In this document: one piece after another, positions 62,811 to 64,000 of the stretch
How the letters are laid out: each line of letters begins with the position of its first letter
Position numbering within the stretch: the stretch's first letter is position 1
Assembly (NCBI GenBank): GCA_013239625.1
Contig: MU053431.1
Coordinates: 806,001 to 870,000 of the forward strand
Direction of reading: 5' to 3'
Origin: Lama guanicoe
Taxonomy: Eukaryota
Length of the DNA: 64,000 bases
Made by a program: the position numbers and the translations under genes
The notes under the pieces: generated by a model
Told to the model about the DNA's origin: nothing
Seen by the model: the letters and a program-made list of their open reading frames with translations, nothing else
Database searches by the model: none

Positions 62811-64000
62811 TCTGTTTTCTGCATCCCACTGGTGTTGGTGAGATGAGCAAGGACTCTGTGAGAAAGTGGCCCCAAGGATGAATCACCCTGGAATTCTGTG
62901 GTGTAGAACGTGACTGCTGTTAGCAAAGGTCCCAGGAGGGAGGACAGGAGTGGCTGGGGCCATCTTCCTGGAGAGAGCTGGGCTTGGACCAGGCTGGGAA
63001 GGGAGGCCAGCTCTCCCAGCTTGGAGAAAGAGCCCCAGCGCAGAAGTGAAGGCAGGACAAGCCTGAGGCCAGACCAGAGAGGGTGGAAGCGAGGGGGTGG
63101 GGTGGAGGCGGGGACTTGGGCAGAGTGCTCATGGAGGACGCCTTCCGGGCCGCGTTTAGATCAGCCCTGTGGGAGGGAACATGCCGCTTCCCGTGTGTTC
63201 TCCCCCCTGGTGTGGTTGGCGTGAGCGCCTCTTATAACTGACCAGCCCCGTCCGGACCACCTGTCTCAGCACAGACCCTCAGGCAAGCCCGGGGACGGGG
63301 TGCTGAGATCTCCCGTCACAGGTGAAGGACGCAGGCTCAGGGACGTGGCGAGACTGCTCAGAGTCACGCGTTTTGTGCCCCAAAGCCAGGGCCACCTCTC
63401 CCCATGGCAGACATCCTGCTCTGACCGGCTTCCTGGCTGGCTGTACACGGACGGCCGTGTTTCTTGACTCGAGAGCCTGCGTTTCCTGCTGTGGGGCTGT
63501 TGCCTTCACGCCCCGCAGTGAGCACTGCTGAGGCAAGCTCGGAGCTGCAGGACGACCAAAACACTAACGCGCACCCGCCACCCAGACGTGAGGCGAGGCT
63601 GCCGTCACTCCTGTCTGCGTTGCCGCGGTAACTGGGGGTTTGGAGGGACGGCCGGTGACATGTTTTGCGAGCAGCGCTCTGCAGTTATTGAAGACTTTGC
63701 GGCTCAGTCTGAGACTGAGAAGATGCGCAGGGAGCGTGGCCCTCTCCCGTGGTGTGCTTGCAAGGGGCTCCGCGGGCTGCTTCTGTTTTTCCTGCTTCCT
63801 TCACAAGATGCCACAGGTGGGGGCTCCTGGGCCCGGCAAGTCCAGAGGGTCCCATCCCATGTGTGTCGGTTGGTGGCTGACTTGTTTCGTGGCCCCTTCC
63901 CTTCCGTCATTTTCTCCCACTTCCATCTCTGGCCTCAGCGCAAAATCCTCCAGTGCCCAGACTTTGCCAAGTGCAGCTTGGATGGGATGTGATCGTTCAG

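Noticed and set aside
62419-62926. His/Pro/Thr-rich ORFs
   Set aside because: Translation of a (GGT)n tract grown from a MIR tail
51-63992. Hundreds of 60-290 aa ORFs in the provided track
   Set aside because: Overlapping on all frames, rich in P/G/A/R/S, many with non-ATG starts and no recognisable domain; expected from GC-rich non-coding DNA

Overview
Mammalian, GC-rich, apparently non-coding (intronic or intergenic) DNA. It is probably camelid: the young L1 3' ends look cetartiodactyl/camelid-type, and I saw no lineage-specific SINE (Alu, B1, CHR/Bov, PRE-1, ERE, Can-SINE) in 64 kb. I could not recognise any protein-coding exon, rRNA, tRNA or CRISPR array. The ORF track is what GC-rich, stop-poor DNA gives by chance. 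The window holds two CpG-island-like segments (~130-1110, ~61840-62265), many ancient eutherian repeats (MLT1 LTRs, MER20, MER45A, MER47, MER5A, MER102-like, L2, MIR, L1M), three younger L1 3' fragments, microsatellites, short tandem duplications, two assembly gaps and several AT-rich, motif-dense segments that look like developmental enhancers. I cannot claim a new biological system. The best leads are: (i) a 10-bp tandem repeat in the first CpG island that builds chained nuclear-receptor DR4 elements; (ii) an excess of CACGTG E-boxes, some apparently created inside old repeats by AT->GC substitution; (iii) a few isolated exon/microexon candidates. Repeat family names come from recalled consensus sequences and boundaries are approximate; RepeatMasker/Dfam should confirm them.
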